Shown: piece by piece, positions 23,022 through 32,802 of the stretch
How the letters are laid out: the number at the start of each line of letters is the position of its first letter
Position numbering within the stretch: position 1 is the stretch's first letter
NCBI GenBank assembly: GCA_963831535.1
Contig: CAWHQP010000003.1
Location: 131,366 to 195,365 of the forward strand
From: an uncultured Acidimicrobiaceae bacterium
GTDB taxonomy: Bacteria > Actinomycetota > Acidimicrobiia > Acidimicrobiales > RAAP-2
DNA: 64,000 nt
Direction of reading: 5' to 3'
Position numbers and translations under genes: made by a program
Notes under the pieces: model-generated
Told to the model about the DNA's origin: nothing
What the model saw: the letters and a program-made list of their open reading frames with translations, nothing else
Databases searched by the model: none

Positions 23022-24692
23022 ATGTCCCCGGTCCGGGGGTCAGACCGTCCCGGCGGGGACCAGGCCTTCGACCCCGACGAGGTCCGATCGGCCGAGGCCC
23101 TGCTCAGTGGCACCGGGGCCGGCGCCGAGGGCGGCATCGTCGTACCCTGGCCGGTCCTCTTCCGCCACCGGGTGCACCGCCGGCTGGCCCGTTCCGACCG
23201 CTACCAGTGGTGGGTGCTCTGGACCGTCCTGGCCGGTCTGCTCTCGGTCAACATCACCTTCACCGTCTTCGTGGTGGCCCTGCCCCAGGTGGCCCGCGAG
23301 CTGCACACCTCGGTGTCCACCCTCACCTGGACCTCCACCGGCCCCCTGCTGGCCTTCGGCGTGGCCGCCCCGGTGCTGGGCAAACTCGGTGACCTGCGGG
23401 GCTACCGCAAGCTCTACCTGTGGGGTCTGTCCGGGGCGGCGCTCAGCGTGGTGCTGACGGCATCGGCCCCGACGGCCGGGGTCCTGATCGCCGCTCGCCT
23501 GTTCGACGGGGTCCAGGGCGCGGCCACCGGGGCTGCGTCCATGGCCCTCGTCCTCCAGGCCTTCTCCCATGAGGACCGGGTGAAGGCCATGGGCTGGTGG
23601 GCCCTGGTCGGGGCCGGCGGCCCGGTGCTCGGCGTGACCATCGGGGCCCCCATCATCCAGTACCTCGGGTGGCGGGCCCTGTTCTGGGGGGAGCTTCCCC
23701 TGATGGCCATCGCCGCGGTGCTGGCCGTCGTGGTCCTGCCCGCCCACGACCACGACCGACCCGCGGCAGGAGCGGCAGGGATGGAGGGGACGGCGAGGAC
23801 AGGGGGGACGGTGGGGACAAGGGGGGCCGACGGGGACACCGCCATCACCCGGGGTGCCCCCAGCCCGTGGAGCCAACTGGACTGGACAGGATCATGGTCG
23901 CTCGCCCTGTCGGTCACCGCCGGCCTGTTGGCCCTGAACGAGGCACCCTCGTGGGGTTTCACCGCTCCGGCCACCCTGGCCGTGTTCGCCGTGTGCCTCG
24001 CCGCCGGGATCTTCTTCGTGGCCCATGAGCGGCGGGCCCCGAGGCCCCTGATACCGCTCCGCTACTTCCGGATGCGCAACTTCGTGTTCCCGCTCGGCGC
24101 CCGGGCGTTCGTCAACTTCTCCTACATGGGCGGCTTCTTCCTGTTCCCCATCCTCATGGAGGGGGTCTACGGCTACAGCGAGACGCGGGCCGGGCTGGTG
24201 TCCACGGCCCGGCCGCTGCTGTTCTCGCTCGTGGCCCCGGCGGCGGGGTATGCGGCCGTCAAGGTGGGGGAGCGCTCACTCGTCATGGCCGGGGCCCTGG
24301 CCCTGACGGTGTCCATGGTCGTCTTCACCCAACTCGGGTCCAGTCCGTCGCTGGTCGTGATCATCATCGCCCTCGCCCTGTCGGGGGTGGGCAACGGGCT
24401 GTCCACCCCGTCGACGGTGTCGTCGGCCTCGAACGAGGTGGCCGCCGACGAACTGGGGGTCATGAGTGCGGCCCAACAGCTGATCACCCAGATCGGGATC
24501 GTGGCCGGCATCCAGGTCATGGTCACCGTGCAGGCCTCGGCCCACGGTGGCGTGGGTTCGCTGGCCTCGTTCCACCGGGCCTACGCCGTCGGTGCTGTGG
24601 GGGCCGTCCTGGCCGGGGTGTGCGGTTTCTTCGTGCGCAACACGCCGAGAGGCGAGCACTCCGATCTGCTGTCGGACCCGCCCCCGGCCTGA
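23022..24692 (+). CDS. MFS drug/H+ antiporter-like transporter (DHA2/EmrB-like, 14-TMS type)
   Basis: In-frame ATG 23022 in ORF 22722..24692: MSPVRGSDRPGGDQ...YQWWVLWTVLAGLLSVNITFTVFVVALPQVARELHTSVSTLTWTSTGPLLAFGVAAPVLGKLGDLRGYRK. The upstream 100 codons overlap the SDR gene. Confidence 0.85.
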   Translation: MSPVRGSDRPGGDQAFDPDEVRSAEALLSGTGAGAEGGIVVPWPVLFRHRVHRRLARSDRYQWWVLWTVLAGLLSVNITFTVFVVALPQVARELHTSVSTLTWTSTGPLLAFGVAAPVLGKLGDLRGYRKLYLWGLSGAALSVVLTASAPTAGVLIAARLFDGVQGAATGAASMALVLQAFSHEDRVKAMGWWALVGAGGPVLGVTIGAPIIQYLGWRALFWGELPLMAIAAVLAVVVLPAHDHDRPAAGAAGMEGTARTGGTVGTRGADGDTAITRGAPSPWSQLDWTGSWSLALSVTAGLLALNEAPSWGFTAPATLAVFAVCLAAGIFFVAHERRAPRPLIPLRYFRMRNFVFPLGARAFVNFSYMGGFFLFPILMEGVYGYSETRAGLVSTARPLLFSLVAPAAGYAAVKVGERSLVMAGALALTVSMVVFTQLGSSPSLVVIIIALALSGVGNGLSTPSTVSSASNEVAADELGVMSAAQQLITQIGIVAGIQVMVTVQASAHGGVGSLASFHRAYAVGAVGAVLAGVCGFFVRNTPRGEHSDLLSDPPPA

Positions 24693-24712
24693 GCCGCCGA
24701 TCCGACCGGGAC

Positions 24713-25120
24713 CTACCGGGTGATGGCCAGGATGCGGGCGGCGATCTCGGCGGCCGCCGGGTCGGGGGTGGCGGTCTGGAGGGCCATCAGTTTGGCGATG
24801 TCGCCCTCCACCTTGATCTTTCCCGACATGAAGGCCTGCAGGCCGGCCTGCGGATTGCCTTCGACCAGGATGGCCTTGGCCACCTCGTAGTCGAGGGTCA
24901 CCTTCAAGTCGATGGGCTCGATGTGGCCGGTGTCGAGGACCAACTCGCCCGAGGACGTGTCCACATGGGCCAGCACGGTGCCTTCGCCGAAGGGCACGGC
25001 CCCGATGACCAGGTTCATCCGAATGGCGTGTTCGATGGTGGCTCCCTTGCCGTCGAACTCCGCCCGGATGGACCGTGCCTCGTCCAGCCATTCGTCGCTC
25101 AAGAACTCGTAGGTGGCCAT
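24713..25120 (-). CDS. SCP2 sterol-carrier-like domain protein
   Basis: In-frame ATG 25120 within ORF 24713..25246(-): MATYEFLSDEWLDEARSIRAEFDGKG...DYEVAKAILVEGNPQAGLQAFMSGKIKVEGDIAKLMAL. The last stretch is a typical SCP2 C-terminal signature. Confidence 0.8.
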   Translation of the reverse strand: MATYEFLSDEWLDEARSIRAEFDGKGATIEHAIRMNLVIGAVPFGEGTVLAHVDTSSGELVLDTGHIEPIDLKVTLDYEVAKAILVEGNPQAGLQAFMSGKIKVEGDIAKLMALQTATPDPAAAEIAARILAITR

Positions 25121-25230
25121 CGCTGTGCTGCTCCTTGCCCGTGGTGTGGTCTGGCCGTCCACACTAACCCGAGCCCCGGCTGCTTCCCGAGCCCGGTGCC
25201 AGGAGGGGCCAGGGTGGTGGGTGGGGCCCG

Positions 25231-26028
25231 GTGCGGCCGGTAGCATCCGGTTCCGTGACTGCTCCCATCCTTCCCGGTGCCGAGCCGTGGTCCGCCGCCG
25301 GCGACGCCCACGGTGTCCTCGTGCTGCACGGCTTCACCGGCAATCCCGCCTCCATGCGCCCGCTCGCCGAGGCGTGTGCCAAGGCGGGCCTGACCGTCGA
25401 GCTGCCCCTGCTCCCCGGGCACGGCACCTCCCTCGACGACATGGTTCCCACGCGGTGGGAGGACTGGTCGGGTGCGGCGGAAGCCGAGTACCAGGCGCTG
25501 GCCGCCCGGTGCCAACGGGTGGTGGTCACCGGATTGTCCATGGGTGGCACACTGACCTGCTGGCTGGCCGAGCACCACCCCGAGATCGCCGGCATCGCCC
25601 TCGTCAACCCGCTGATCCAGAGCCCCGATGCGGAGATCCGCGGGGCCCTGGAGGCCCTCGCCGAGGCGGGCACCGACGTGATCGACGCCATCGGATCCGA
25701 CATCAACAAGGAGGGGGTGGTGGAGTCGGCCTATCCGGCGACACCGGTGGCCGGCCTGCTGTCGCTGCTCGAGGGGGCCGACGACACCCGGGCCGGACTG
25801 GCCGGGATCCACTGTCCGACCCTGCTGGTGTCCAGCCGGGAGGACCATGTCGTGGACCCGGTGTCGGGCGATGTGCTGGCCCGTTCGGTGGGGGGCCCAC
25901 TCGAGCGCATCCACTTGGAGAACAGCTATCACGTCGCCACGCTGGACTGGGACGCCCCGCTCATCGAACAGGCGGTGGTCGACTTCGCGGTCGGGGTCAT
26001 GGGCGGACCACGCCCCGACGCCGGTTGA
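25231..26028 (+). CDS. Alpha/beta-hydrolase (carboxylesterase / monoacylglycerol-lipase-like)
   Basis: Intact ORF, 265 aa: GVLVLHGFTGNPASMRPLAE, the nucleophile elbow GLSMGG, and a late Asp/His region (SSREDHVVDP ... NSYHVATLD). Confidence 0.8.
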   Translation: MRPVASGSVTAPILPGAEPWSAAGDAHGVLVLHGFTGNPASMRPLAEACAKAGLTVELPLLPGHGTSLDDMVPTRWEDWSGAAEAEYQALAARCQRVVVTGLSMGGTLTCWLAEHHPEIAGIALVNPLIQSPDAEIRGALEALAEAGTDVIDAIGSDINKEGVVESAYPATPVAGLLSLLEGADDTRAGLAGIHCPTLLVSSREDHVVDPVSGDVLARSVGGPLERIHLENSYHVATLDWDAPLIEQAVVDFAVGVMGGPRPDAG

Positions 26029-26044
26029 TGCGGGAACCCATCCG

Positions 26045-26353
26045 ATGAGCACCCCGGACCGGATCACCCGCGCCGACGTGGCCCACGTCGCCGACTTAGC
26101 CCGCCTGGCCCTGACCGATGAGGAGCTGGACCTGTTCACGGGGCAGCTGGCCCAGGTGCTCGACCACGCCGCCGACGTCGCCTCGCTGGACCTGGAAGGG
26201 GTGAAGCCCACGGCCCACGCCATGGCCGTCACCAACGTACTGCGACCCGACGAGGTGCGGCCCTGTCTCGACCGGGACGAGGTCCTGGGCCAAGCCCCCT
26301 CGGTGGAGGACCACCGGTTCCGGGTTCCCCGCATCCTGGGTGAGGCCCCGTGA
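26045..26353 (+). CDS. gatC: Asp/Glu-tRNA amidotransferase subunit C
   Basis: In-frame ATG 26045 in ORF 25847..26353: [58 protein letters not shown]. Its stop overlaps the gatA start. Confidence 0.9.
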   Translation: MSTPDRITRADVAHVADLARLALTDEELDLFTGQLAQVLDHAADVASLDLEGVKPTAHAMAVTNVLRPDEVRPCLDRDEVLGQAPSVEDHRFRVPRILGEAP

Positions 26354-27819
26354 CCGCCGCCCCCCGCCCTTCGATGTTCCTGGCCAACGCCGTCCGCTCG
26401 GGGGCCCGTTCTGCGGTCGACGTGGTGGACGAGCATCTGGCCGCCATCGAGGCCGGTGACGGCGACGTCCACGCCTTCAACCTGGTCATGGCAGACGAGG
26501 CCAGGGCGCAGGCCGTCGAGGTGGACCGCACCGTGGCCGATGGGAACGATCCGGGACTCCTGGCCGGAGTGCCGGTGGCCCTGAAGGACAATCTGTGCAC
26601 CCGGGGCGTGCCCACCACCTGCTCGTCCCGGATCCTCGAGGGGTGGCGACCTCCCTATGACGCCACGGTGGTGACCCGATTGCGGCGCGCCGGAGCGGTG
26701 GTGGTGGGCAAGACCAACATGGATGAGTTCGCCATGGGCTCCTCCACGGAGACGTCCGCCTTCGGACCCACCCGCAACCCCCACGACCTCGGGAGGGTCC
26801 CCGGCGGCTCGTCGGGAGGATCGGCGGCGGCGGTGGCGGCCGGCTTCGTGCCCCTGGCCCTCGGTTCGGACACCGGGGGATCGATTCGCCAGCCGGCCGC
26901 CCTGTGCGGGGTGGTGGGGATGAAGCCTACCTACGGCACGGTGTCCCGGTACGGCCTGGTGGCCTTCGCCAGCTCCCTCGACCAGATCGGTCCCTTCGCC
27001 ACCACGGTGGCCGATGCCGCCCTCCTCTTCGACGTGATCGGTGGCCACGATCCGGCCGACTCGACCTCGCTCAACCGGCCCACGCCGAGAGTCCTCGCCG
27101 TGCTCGACGACGGGGTGGCCGGTCTGACCGTGGGGGTGCTGAGCCAGCTCCTCGACGGGGCCGATCCCGACGTGGTGGCCCGGGTCCACCAGGCCGCCGA
27201 GGCCCTGGCCGCCGCCGGGGCCAGGGTCGAGGAGGCCTCGGTGCCCGAGGTCACCCTCGGGCTCTCCGCGTACTACCTGATCGCCCCGGGTGAGGCGTCA
27301 TCCAACCTGGCCCGTTACGACGGCGTCCGCTACGGCCTGCGGCGCGACGCCGAGGACACCGCGGCCATGAACACCGCCACCCGCTCGGCCGGCTTCGGGG
27401 ACGAGGTGAAGCGCCGGATCATGCTGGGCACCTATGTGCTCTCCGCTGGCTACATGGACGCCTATTACAACCAGGCCCTCAAGGTACGCACCACCATCAT
27501 CCAGGGGTTCGACACGGCCTACCGCCGCTGCGACGTCCTCCTCGGTCCGACCGCGCCGACCACAGCCTTTCCCCTCGGGGCCAAAACCGGTGACCCCTTG
27601 GCCATGTACCTGTCGGACGTCTGTACCATCCCGAGCAATCTGGCCGGACATCCGGCGATCAGCGTCCCGTTCGGGGCCGGGGACGACGGGCTTCCCGTCG
27701 GCATCCAGCTCCTCGGACCGGCACTGTCCGAGGGAACGTTGTTCAAGGTGGCCGCCGTCGTGGAGGCGGCCGCCCCCAGCCTCGCCCCCCCGTCACTGCC
27801 CACGGTGGTGCGGGCGTGA
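26350..27819 (+). CDS. gatA: Asp/Glu-tRNA amidotransferase subunit A
   Basis: Intact ORF, 489 aa. The amidase signature [14 protein letters not shown] is present. The N-terminal ...[24 protein letters not shown] and the later [11 protein letters not shown] segment are also present. Confidence 0.95.
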   Translation: MTAAPRPSMFLANAVRSGARSAVDVVDEHLAAIEAGDGDVHAFNLVMADEARAQAVEVDRTVADGNDPGLLAGVPVALKDNLCTRGVPTTCSSRILEGWRPPYDATVVTRLRRAGAVVVGKTNMDEFAMGSSTETSAFGPTRNPHDLGRVPGGSSGGSAAAVAAGFVPLALGSDTGGSIRQPAALCGVVGMKPTYGTVSRYGLVAFASSLDQIGPFATTVADAALLFDVIGGHDPADSTSLNRPTPRVLAVLDDGVAGLTVGVLSQLLDGADPDVVARVHQAAEALAAAGARVEEASVPEVTLGLSAYYLIAPGEASSNLARYDGVRYGLRRDAEDTAAMNTATRSAGFGDEVKRRIMLGTYVLSAGYMDAYYNQALKVRTTIIQGFDTAYRRCDVLLGPTAPTTAFPLGAKTGDPLAMYLSDVCTIPSNLAGHPAISVPFGAGDDGLPVGIQLLGPALSEGTLFKVAAVVEAAAPSLAPPSLPTVVRA

Positions 27820-29264
27820 AACCGGGTTGGGAGATGGTGGTGGGCCTGGAGGTCCACTGCGAGCTGAAGACGGCCACCAAACTGTTCTGTGGCTGCCCCA
27901 ACATGTTCGGTGACCAGCCCAACACGAACGTGTGCCCGGTCTGTCTGGGACTGCCCGGATCGTTGCCGGTCATCAACCAGCGGGCGGTGGAACTGGCCAT
28001 GGCCATTGGCACGGCGCTCCACTGCGAGATCCTGCCCTCCACGTTTCACCGGAAGAACTACTTCTATCCCGACCAGGCCAAGGACTACCAGATCAGCCAG
28101 TACGACGAGCCCATCAACGTGAACGGCTACCTCGAACTGCCCGGCGGGACGGTGGTCGGGATCGAGCGGGCCCACATGGAAGAGGACACGGGCAAGACGA
28201 CCCATGCGGGGGCGTCGGGCCGGATCCACGGTGCTGCCTACTCACTGGTCGATTACAACCGCTCGGGTGTGCCGCTGGTGGAGATCGTGAGCCGGCCGGA
28301 CATGCGGTCCTCCGCCCAGGCCCGGGCCTACGCCACCGAACTGCGAGGTGTCCTCGTGGCCTCGGGGGCGTCGGACGGAAAGATGGAGGAGGGATCGATG
28401 CGGGTGGACGCCAACGTGTCGGTCCGGCGCTCCTCGGACGATCCGTTCGGGACCCGCTGCGAGATCAAGAACCTGAACTCGGTTCGATCGCTGGGCCGGG
28501 CCATCGAGTATGAGGCCGACCGTCAGATCGCCCTCCTCGAGTCGGGTGAACCGGTCATCCAGCAGACCCGGCACTGGGACGAGGACGCCGGCCGCACCCA
28601 GGCTCTCCGCTCCAAGGAGGACGCCTTCGACTACCGCTACTTCCTCGAGCCCGACTTGGTCCCACTGGTTCCCGATGCCGAGTGGATCACCGCGGTGTCC
28701 GACACCATGGGGCCCATGCCCGCCGTCCGTCGCTCCCGTCTGGTGGAGCTGCTCGTGGAGGGTGGAGGGGCCTCCGACGCCCAGGTGGACCAGGTGGCCA
28801 CCGTGGTCGATCTGGACCTCGACGGGCTGGTCATTGGGGCCGCCGCCGCCGGCGTGTCGCCGGCTCTGGCCCTGGCCCGGACGTCGAACGAGGCGGCCAA
28901 CGATGCCGAGGCGGCCAAGGGCCTCGTGCCCGAGTCCTACGTCGCCCTCCTGTCGATGGAGGCCGACGGCACGTTGACGGCTACCCAGTCCAAGGTGGTG
29001 CTGGCCGAGATGTTGGCCCACGGGGGCGAACCGGCGGCCATCGCCTCGGCCAAGGGATTCGAGGCGATGTCGGAGGACTCGCTGACCACGGTGGTGAGGG
29101 AGGTGGTCGATGCCTACCCCGACGAGTGGGCTCGCTACTGCGGCGAGGACGAGACCGATCGGAAACGGATGGAGGGCTTCCTCACTGGAGCGGTGATGAA
29201 GATGACGCGCGGCCAGGCCGATGCCCGGGCCGTGCAGGCCGAACTGAACCGGCTACGGGCCTGA
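27816..29264 (+). CDS. gatB: Asp/Glu-tRNA amidotransferase subunit B
   Basis: Intact ORF, 482 aa: [25 protein letters not shown]...[12 protein letters not shown]...[19 protein letters not shown]...[10 protein letters not shown]-terminal YqeY-like tail is present. Confidence 0.95.
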   Translation: MKPGWEMVVGLEVHCELKTATKLFCGCPNMFGDQPNTNVCPVCLGLPGSLPVINQRAVELAMAIGTALHCEILPSTFHRKNYFYPDQAKDYQISQYDEPINVNGYLELPGGTVVGIERAHMEEDTGKTTHAGASGRIHGAAYSLVDYNRSGVPLVEIVSRPDMRSSAQARAYATELRGVLVASGASDGKMEEGSMRVDANVSVRRSSDDPFGTRCEIKNLNSVRSLGRAIEYEADRQIALLESGEPVIQQTRHWDEDAGRTQALRSKEDAFDYRYFLEPDLVPLVPDAEWITAVSDTMGPMPAVRRSRLVELLVEGGGASDAQVDQVATVVDLDLDGLVIGAAAAGVSPALALARTSNEAANDAEAAKGLVPESYVALLSMEADGTLTATQSKVVLAEMLAHGGEPAAIASAKGFEAMSEDSLTTVVREVVDAYPDEWARYCGEDETDRKRMEGFLTGAVMKMTRGQADARAVQAELNRLRA

Positions 29265-31544
29265 GGACTTCGTCGACGGGGCGGGCGCGTCGGACGACGA
29301 CGGTGGTCCCCCGGCGGCGAGGTAGGCCCCCTTCGGCGTGAAGCCGACCCGGGTGATGTACACCTGCCGCGGCGGGTCTCCTGGAAGCTGCATCTCGGGC
29401 GTGTAGAGGAGCCACGTACCCGAGCCGTCCTGGTAGAAGGAGGCCTCGCCGGGACCCTGTCCCTGGGCGTTCGTCCCGAGGAGGGGCTGGCTGGAGACGT
29501 CGGCGCATGGTCCCGATGGTGAGGCGCACCAGGCCACGCCGATCCCGTAGAGCGACTGGTTGAACCAGTTGGCCGAGTAGGCCAACCAGTAGACGCCGTT
29601 GACCTTGACCATGTCCGGCGCCTCGACGATCGACCCCTGCCAGGGCTCATCCGGGCCCATCAGGTCTGACGCCGTCCCGACCAGGCCGAGTCCGTCGGGG
29701 GTGAGCTGCTGGGACCACAGGTTGGTGGGGGTGGCCTGGCCATGGGCGTTCTGGTCTGACTTGAAGAGAATCCAATTGGTGCCGTCGGTATCGGTGAAGA
29801 CACGTGGGTCGATGGAGCCGGACAGGCCCGATTGGCAGATGAACGGGTGGGGCTGGGCGGTGAACGGGCCGACCGGTGTTGACCCGGTGGCGGCTCCGAT
29901 GCACTGCTCGTTCAGCAGCTTCAGATAGCCGGTGAAGTACAGGACGTAGACCGAGCCGAATTTGTGGACGTCAGGGGCCCAGGTGAACGGAGCCACGGCC
30001 CACGTCGGGAGGACCGGCATGGCGTCGACGGGACGGGTCCAGGTCTGGAAATTGGTGGTCGACGAGACCGGCACGTTGAGGATGGCGATGGAGGTCGTGC
30101 TGCTGGTGTACAGGTAGTACCGTCCGTTGGCGCGGTAGAGGAACGGGTCGGACCGGTCCTGTTGGGGGTCGATCTGTTGACCTGGTGCTGATGGGTCCGT
30201 GGCCGGCGCGGGTTGGGCGGCGTCGCTGGAGGTGGAGTCGGCCAGTGACGACTGCTGCCCGATGGCCCGTGCCCGTGTCGGTGTGGAAGCGGCGTCTCGC
30301 CATGGCTGCAAGGACACCACGACGACCACGGCCACCACCACCGCCACGCCCACGACGGACACCGGGGTCAGCACCCGCCGACGCTTCCGCGTTGCCGAGT
30401 CGTGGTCTGGTTCCGTCCGTGAATCTTGCGGTTCCGGCGCTGGGTGCTCGACCGCCGGTGTCGTGTCGGGAGCCGGTGGGGCCGGATCGCCGATCGACGC
30501 GACGTCGGTTGGACCGGCTCCAGGGTTCAGCTCGATCGGTGAGCGAGTCATCAGTGAGGGTGGCGCGATCGTCGGTGGTGTGTCGGTCGCGTTGGACGGC
30601 CCGGACGTAGCGGCACTGAGCGGCATCACCGTCCTATTGGCTACCGGGGACTGCTCGCTCTGTCCAGTCGTTGACGCCGTCGCAGCCTGCTGTGGCTCGA
30701 CGCGACCCATGGGCGCGACCGCGAGTCGCGGTGGATCGGTTCGCGGTGGCATCGACGGGAGCGGGGGAGTCTCGATGGCTTCCGCCGCCGGAAGACGGGG
30801 TGCATCGGCCGTCGACCGGGTCGTCGGAGTCGGCGATGACGACGATTGAGCCGAGGACGATCCTGTGGCAGACGACATCTCGGGGTGCGCCTGGAGTTGG
30901 TCGGTGCGTTGCTCCTGGGGCTCGGACGCCGGTGACGCCACGACCGACTGCGAGAGTTGGATCTCCGGGTTCTGGCCGGACCCCGGTGGGATCGGTGACA
31001 CGGAGCCGGGTCGAGATTCGGTCAGAGCCAGGGGCCGTGATGGTTCGACGATGGGACTTCTGATCGCTCCTGAGTCGCCCCCAGCCGTGCCCCGGTTCGT
31101 CGACCCGACGAGCTCCCGCACCCTCGGCTCGTTCACCAGCTTCTCTGCTTTCGGCGGTCTCGGAGCCCTCGGAGTCTTTGCCGGCTTCTCTGCTTTCACC
31201 GGCTTCTCTGCCTTCGGCATCTTGTTTGCCTTCGGCGGTTTCTCTGCCTTCGGCGGTTTCTCTGCCTTCGGCGGCTTCGGCATCCGTGGCGCCTTCTCTG
31301 CTTTTGCCGGTTTGGGCGGCTTGTCTCCCTTCGACTGCTTCGGTCGAAATGCACGCCTCGCCGGCTTGTTCGCATGAACGATGCTCGCCGAACCACCCGA
31401 TGGTCCTGGAGTGGCGGTGGGCGCTACACCTGACTCGGAGGCTTCCCGTTGCCCTTGGGGCAGCGCGCCGCTGTGTGACGTCTCCTTCGGCGCGAGCAGC
31501 TCATAGACGCTGCCGCCCTCCCCGTTCCCCCCACCCCAGTGCAT
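29253..31544 (-). CDS. Single-pass membrane protein: long Lys/Pro/Ser-rich N-terminal region, one TM, and a C-terminal GH43-like five-bladed beta-propeller glycosidase domain
   Basis: Intact ORF, 763 aa. Residues 72-135 hold PKAEKP-type repeats. RKRRR precedes the TM VLTPVSVVGVAVVVAVVVVVSL (about 30309-30374). The C-terminal 280 aa read DPFLYRANGRYYLYTS...WAPDVHKFGSVYVLYFT...GSIDPRVFTDTDGTNWILFK...GSIVEAPDMVKVNGVYWLAYSAN, which is characteristic of glycoside hydrolase family 43. The 3' end overlaps the gatB stop by 12 nt in a convergent arrangement. Confidence 0.8.
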   Translation of the reverse strand: MHWGGGNGEGGSVYELLAPKETSHSGALPQGQREASESGVAPTATPGPSGGSASIVHANKPARRAFRPKQSKGDKPPKPAKAEKAPRMPKPPKAEKPPKAEKPPKANKMPKAEKPVKAEKPAKTPRAPRPPKAEKLVNEPRVRELVGSTNRGTAGGDSGAIRSPIVEPSRPLALTESRPGSVSPIPPGSGQNPEIQLSQSVVASPASEPQEQRTDQLQAHPEMSSATGSSSAQSSSSPTPTTRSTADAPRLPAAEAIETPPLPSMPPRTDPPRLAVAPMGRVEPQQAATASTTGQSEQSPVANRTVMPLSAATSGPSNATDTPPTIAPPSLMTRSPIELNPGAGPTDVASIGDPAPPAPDTTPAVEHPAPEPQDSRTEPDHDSATRKRRRVLTPVSVVGVAVVVAVVVVVSLQPWRDAASTPTRARAIGQQSSLADSTSSDAAQPAPATDPSAPGQQIDPQQDRSDPFLYRANGRYYLYTSSTTSIAILNVPVSSTTNFQTWTRPVDAMPVLPTWAVAPFTWAPDVHKFGSVYVLYFTGYLKLLNEQCIGAATGSTPVGPFTAQPHPFICQSGLSGSIDPRVFTDTDGTNWILFKSDQNAHGQATPTNLWSQQLTPDGLGLVGTASDLMGPDEPWQGSIVEAPDMVKVNGVYWLAYSANWFNQSLYGIGVAWCASPSGPCADVSSQPLLGTNAQGQGPGEASFYQDGSGTWLLYTPEMQLPGDPPRQVYITRVGFTPKGAYLAAGGPPSSSDAPAPSTKSSGP
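31141..31330 (-). repeat. Imperfect 18-nt tandem repeat (plus-strand unit about TTCTCTGCCTTCGGCGGT) encoding the (K/P)AEKPP hexapeptide array
   Basis: Direct reading shows TTCTCTGC at 31141, 31186, 31204, 31240, 31258 and 31293. The spacings are mostly exact multiples of 18 (18 or 36), with two near-multiples (45 and 35). The two central units are identical (ggtttctctgccttcggc). The array lies inside CDS 29253..31544. Confidence 0.8.
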
Positions 31545-32456
31545 CGCCCGCCAACGCTACCTTCTTCGGCGTCTTTTGGGGAATAGCGGTGGACATCTTC
31601 CCTAAGTCTGGGGACAGGTCAAGAAATGTGGCGGATAAGTTAGGGATTTCCCCCGAGGCCCTTGACCCAGGTCAGGGGCTCGTTCACCATGGGTTTTGTT
31701 GGTGGCTGAAGCCTCGGGGAGACCGGGGGAGATCGGAAAATCGAGTCGAAAGACCCGCTTTGAAGGTCGAACCAGAGGACCCACGGGACCGTAGGTGACC
31801 GACAAGGTGGTCCGGGGACGGGCCGAAGCGCCTCAGGGCGCTGAGGTTCGGTGCTTGGTGCAAGGTCGTCCGACACGGCCGGGTACCGAGTGAGGCCGGG
31901 CGGCCGTGAGCGTGGCCCCGAGGAGCTCGGGCGGTTTCGGCCGTTCGGTTACTCGGGGCTGCGTCGCGCCTGGGCACGCCGCACTCGAATCTGTCGAGGC
32001 TGTGCCGGCCGTCTCGTTACCCCGGAAGATCCTCCATCCGCTGCGCGGCTGCCTCGGTGCTGTCTGACCTCACCCATCCTCGACACAAGGGCTGCCAGCC
32101 CGCCCCTCTCGGCAATCAACGTGCACGGGGCGTATCGGGTTGCTGCTTCCCTCTCGGCGATAGCGGTACGTGCTCGGTTACGGAGGTAACTGGCTGCAGC
32201 AATCGCCGCGTGCTCAACACCGCTCTCGATGAGGTGGTCGGCTGTCGTGGTGCACCTTGGTTGAACGCCAGGTCATCGACGACCCGGCCGCCGACGATCT
32301 GGGCACCGCAGCGCGCCCTTCCGCCGGATCACCCCATCGCTCTCGCTACGCGGACCGTCTGAGCAAACGCCTCGCGCGGTTCACACGGGGGGTCGGTTGC
32401 TCGAAACGGTGAGACCCTCAGGACCCTGCACATGGGCGAACTCTCTGCGCGGACCC

Positions 32457-32504
32457 GACGATACGGGCCAGGGACGATACGGGCCAGGGGACGAGACGGG
32501 CCGA
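32457..32504. repeat. Intergenic tandem direct repeat, 16-nt unit GACGATACGGGCCAGG, two perfect copies plus one degenerate copy
   Basis: Positions 32457-32472 and 32473-32488 are identical. Positions 32490-32504 (GACGAGACGGGCCGA) form a diverged third copy. The repeat lies in the ORF-poor gap about 300 nt upstream of the gene at 32803. Confidence 0.75.
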
Positions 32505-32802
32505 TATCCATGTCACCGTCGGTGAGGAACCGGACCGGACGGCCAGGATCCGTTCGGCCTGATCTGCTCGAGGGACTTGGCGGCCCAATATCCGGATTGA
32601 CCTGGTGAAACTCAGCCGATCCGGGTAGTCGCCTGGTCAGCGGCAAGACCGATCCCCACCTTGCCGTAAGTGTGGGATTCGTACCGAAATGACGGTGTGC
32701 GGCAAAGACCCAGCATTCGTTTGTCCGAGGGTCTATGGTGATGCACGCCATGGGGGGTAGTACCTATCTGGGCTCCCCCGAAATCAACTGAAGGGGGAGT
32801 TT

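Noticed and set aside
25099-27189. 696-aa minus-strand ORF across esterase, gatC and gatA
   Set aside because: It is antisense to three well-supported genes and has non-protein-like composition.
31141-31330. 18-nt periodic repeat considered as a possible CRISPR-like array
   Set aside because: The units are contiguous with no spacers. They are in frame and encode a hexapeptide repeat inside a long intact ORF. No cas genes are present in the window.
32329-32751. 140-aa minus-strand ORF in the gap
   Set aside because: It is Arg/Pro/Ser-rich and has no SD. It spans the 16-nt tandem repeat and has no recognisable motif. It is likely a chance ORF.
31545-32802. Tested the ORF-free gap for RNase P RNA, tmRNA, SRP RNA, tRNA and group II intron signatures
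   Set aside because: I could not find the hallmark strings on either strand. These include GGAAAGTCCGG and ACAGAACCCGGCTTA for RNase P, a tRNA-like GGTTCGAnTCC...CCA 3' end for tmRNA or tRNA, and a domain V-like hairpin. Without a covariance-model search I cannot call any RNA gene here.
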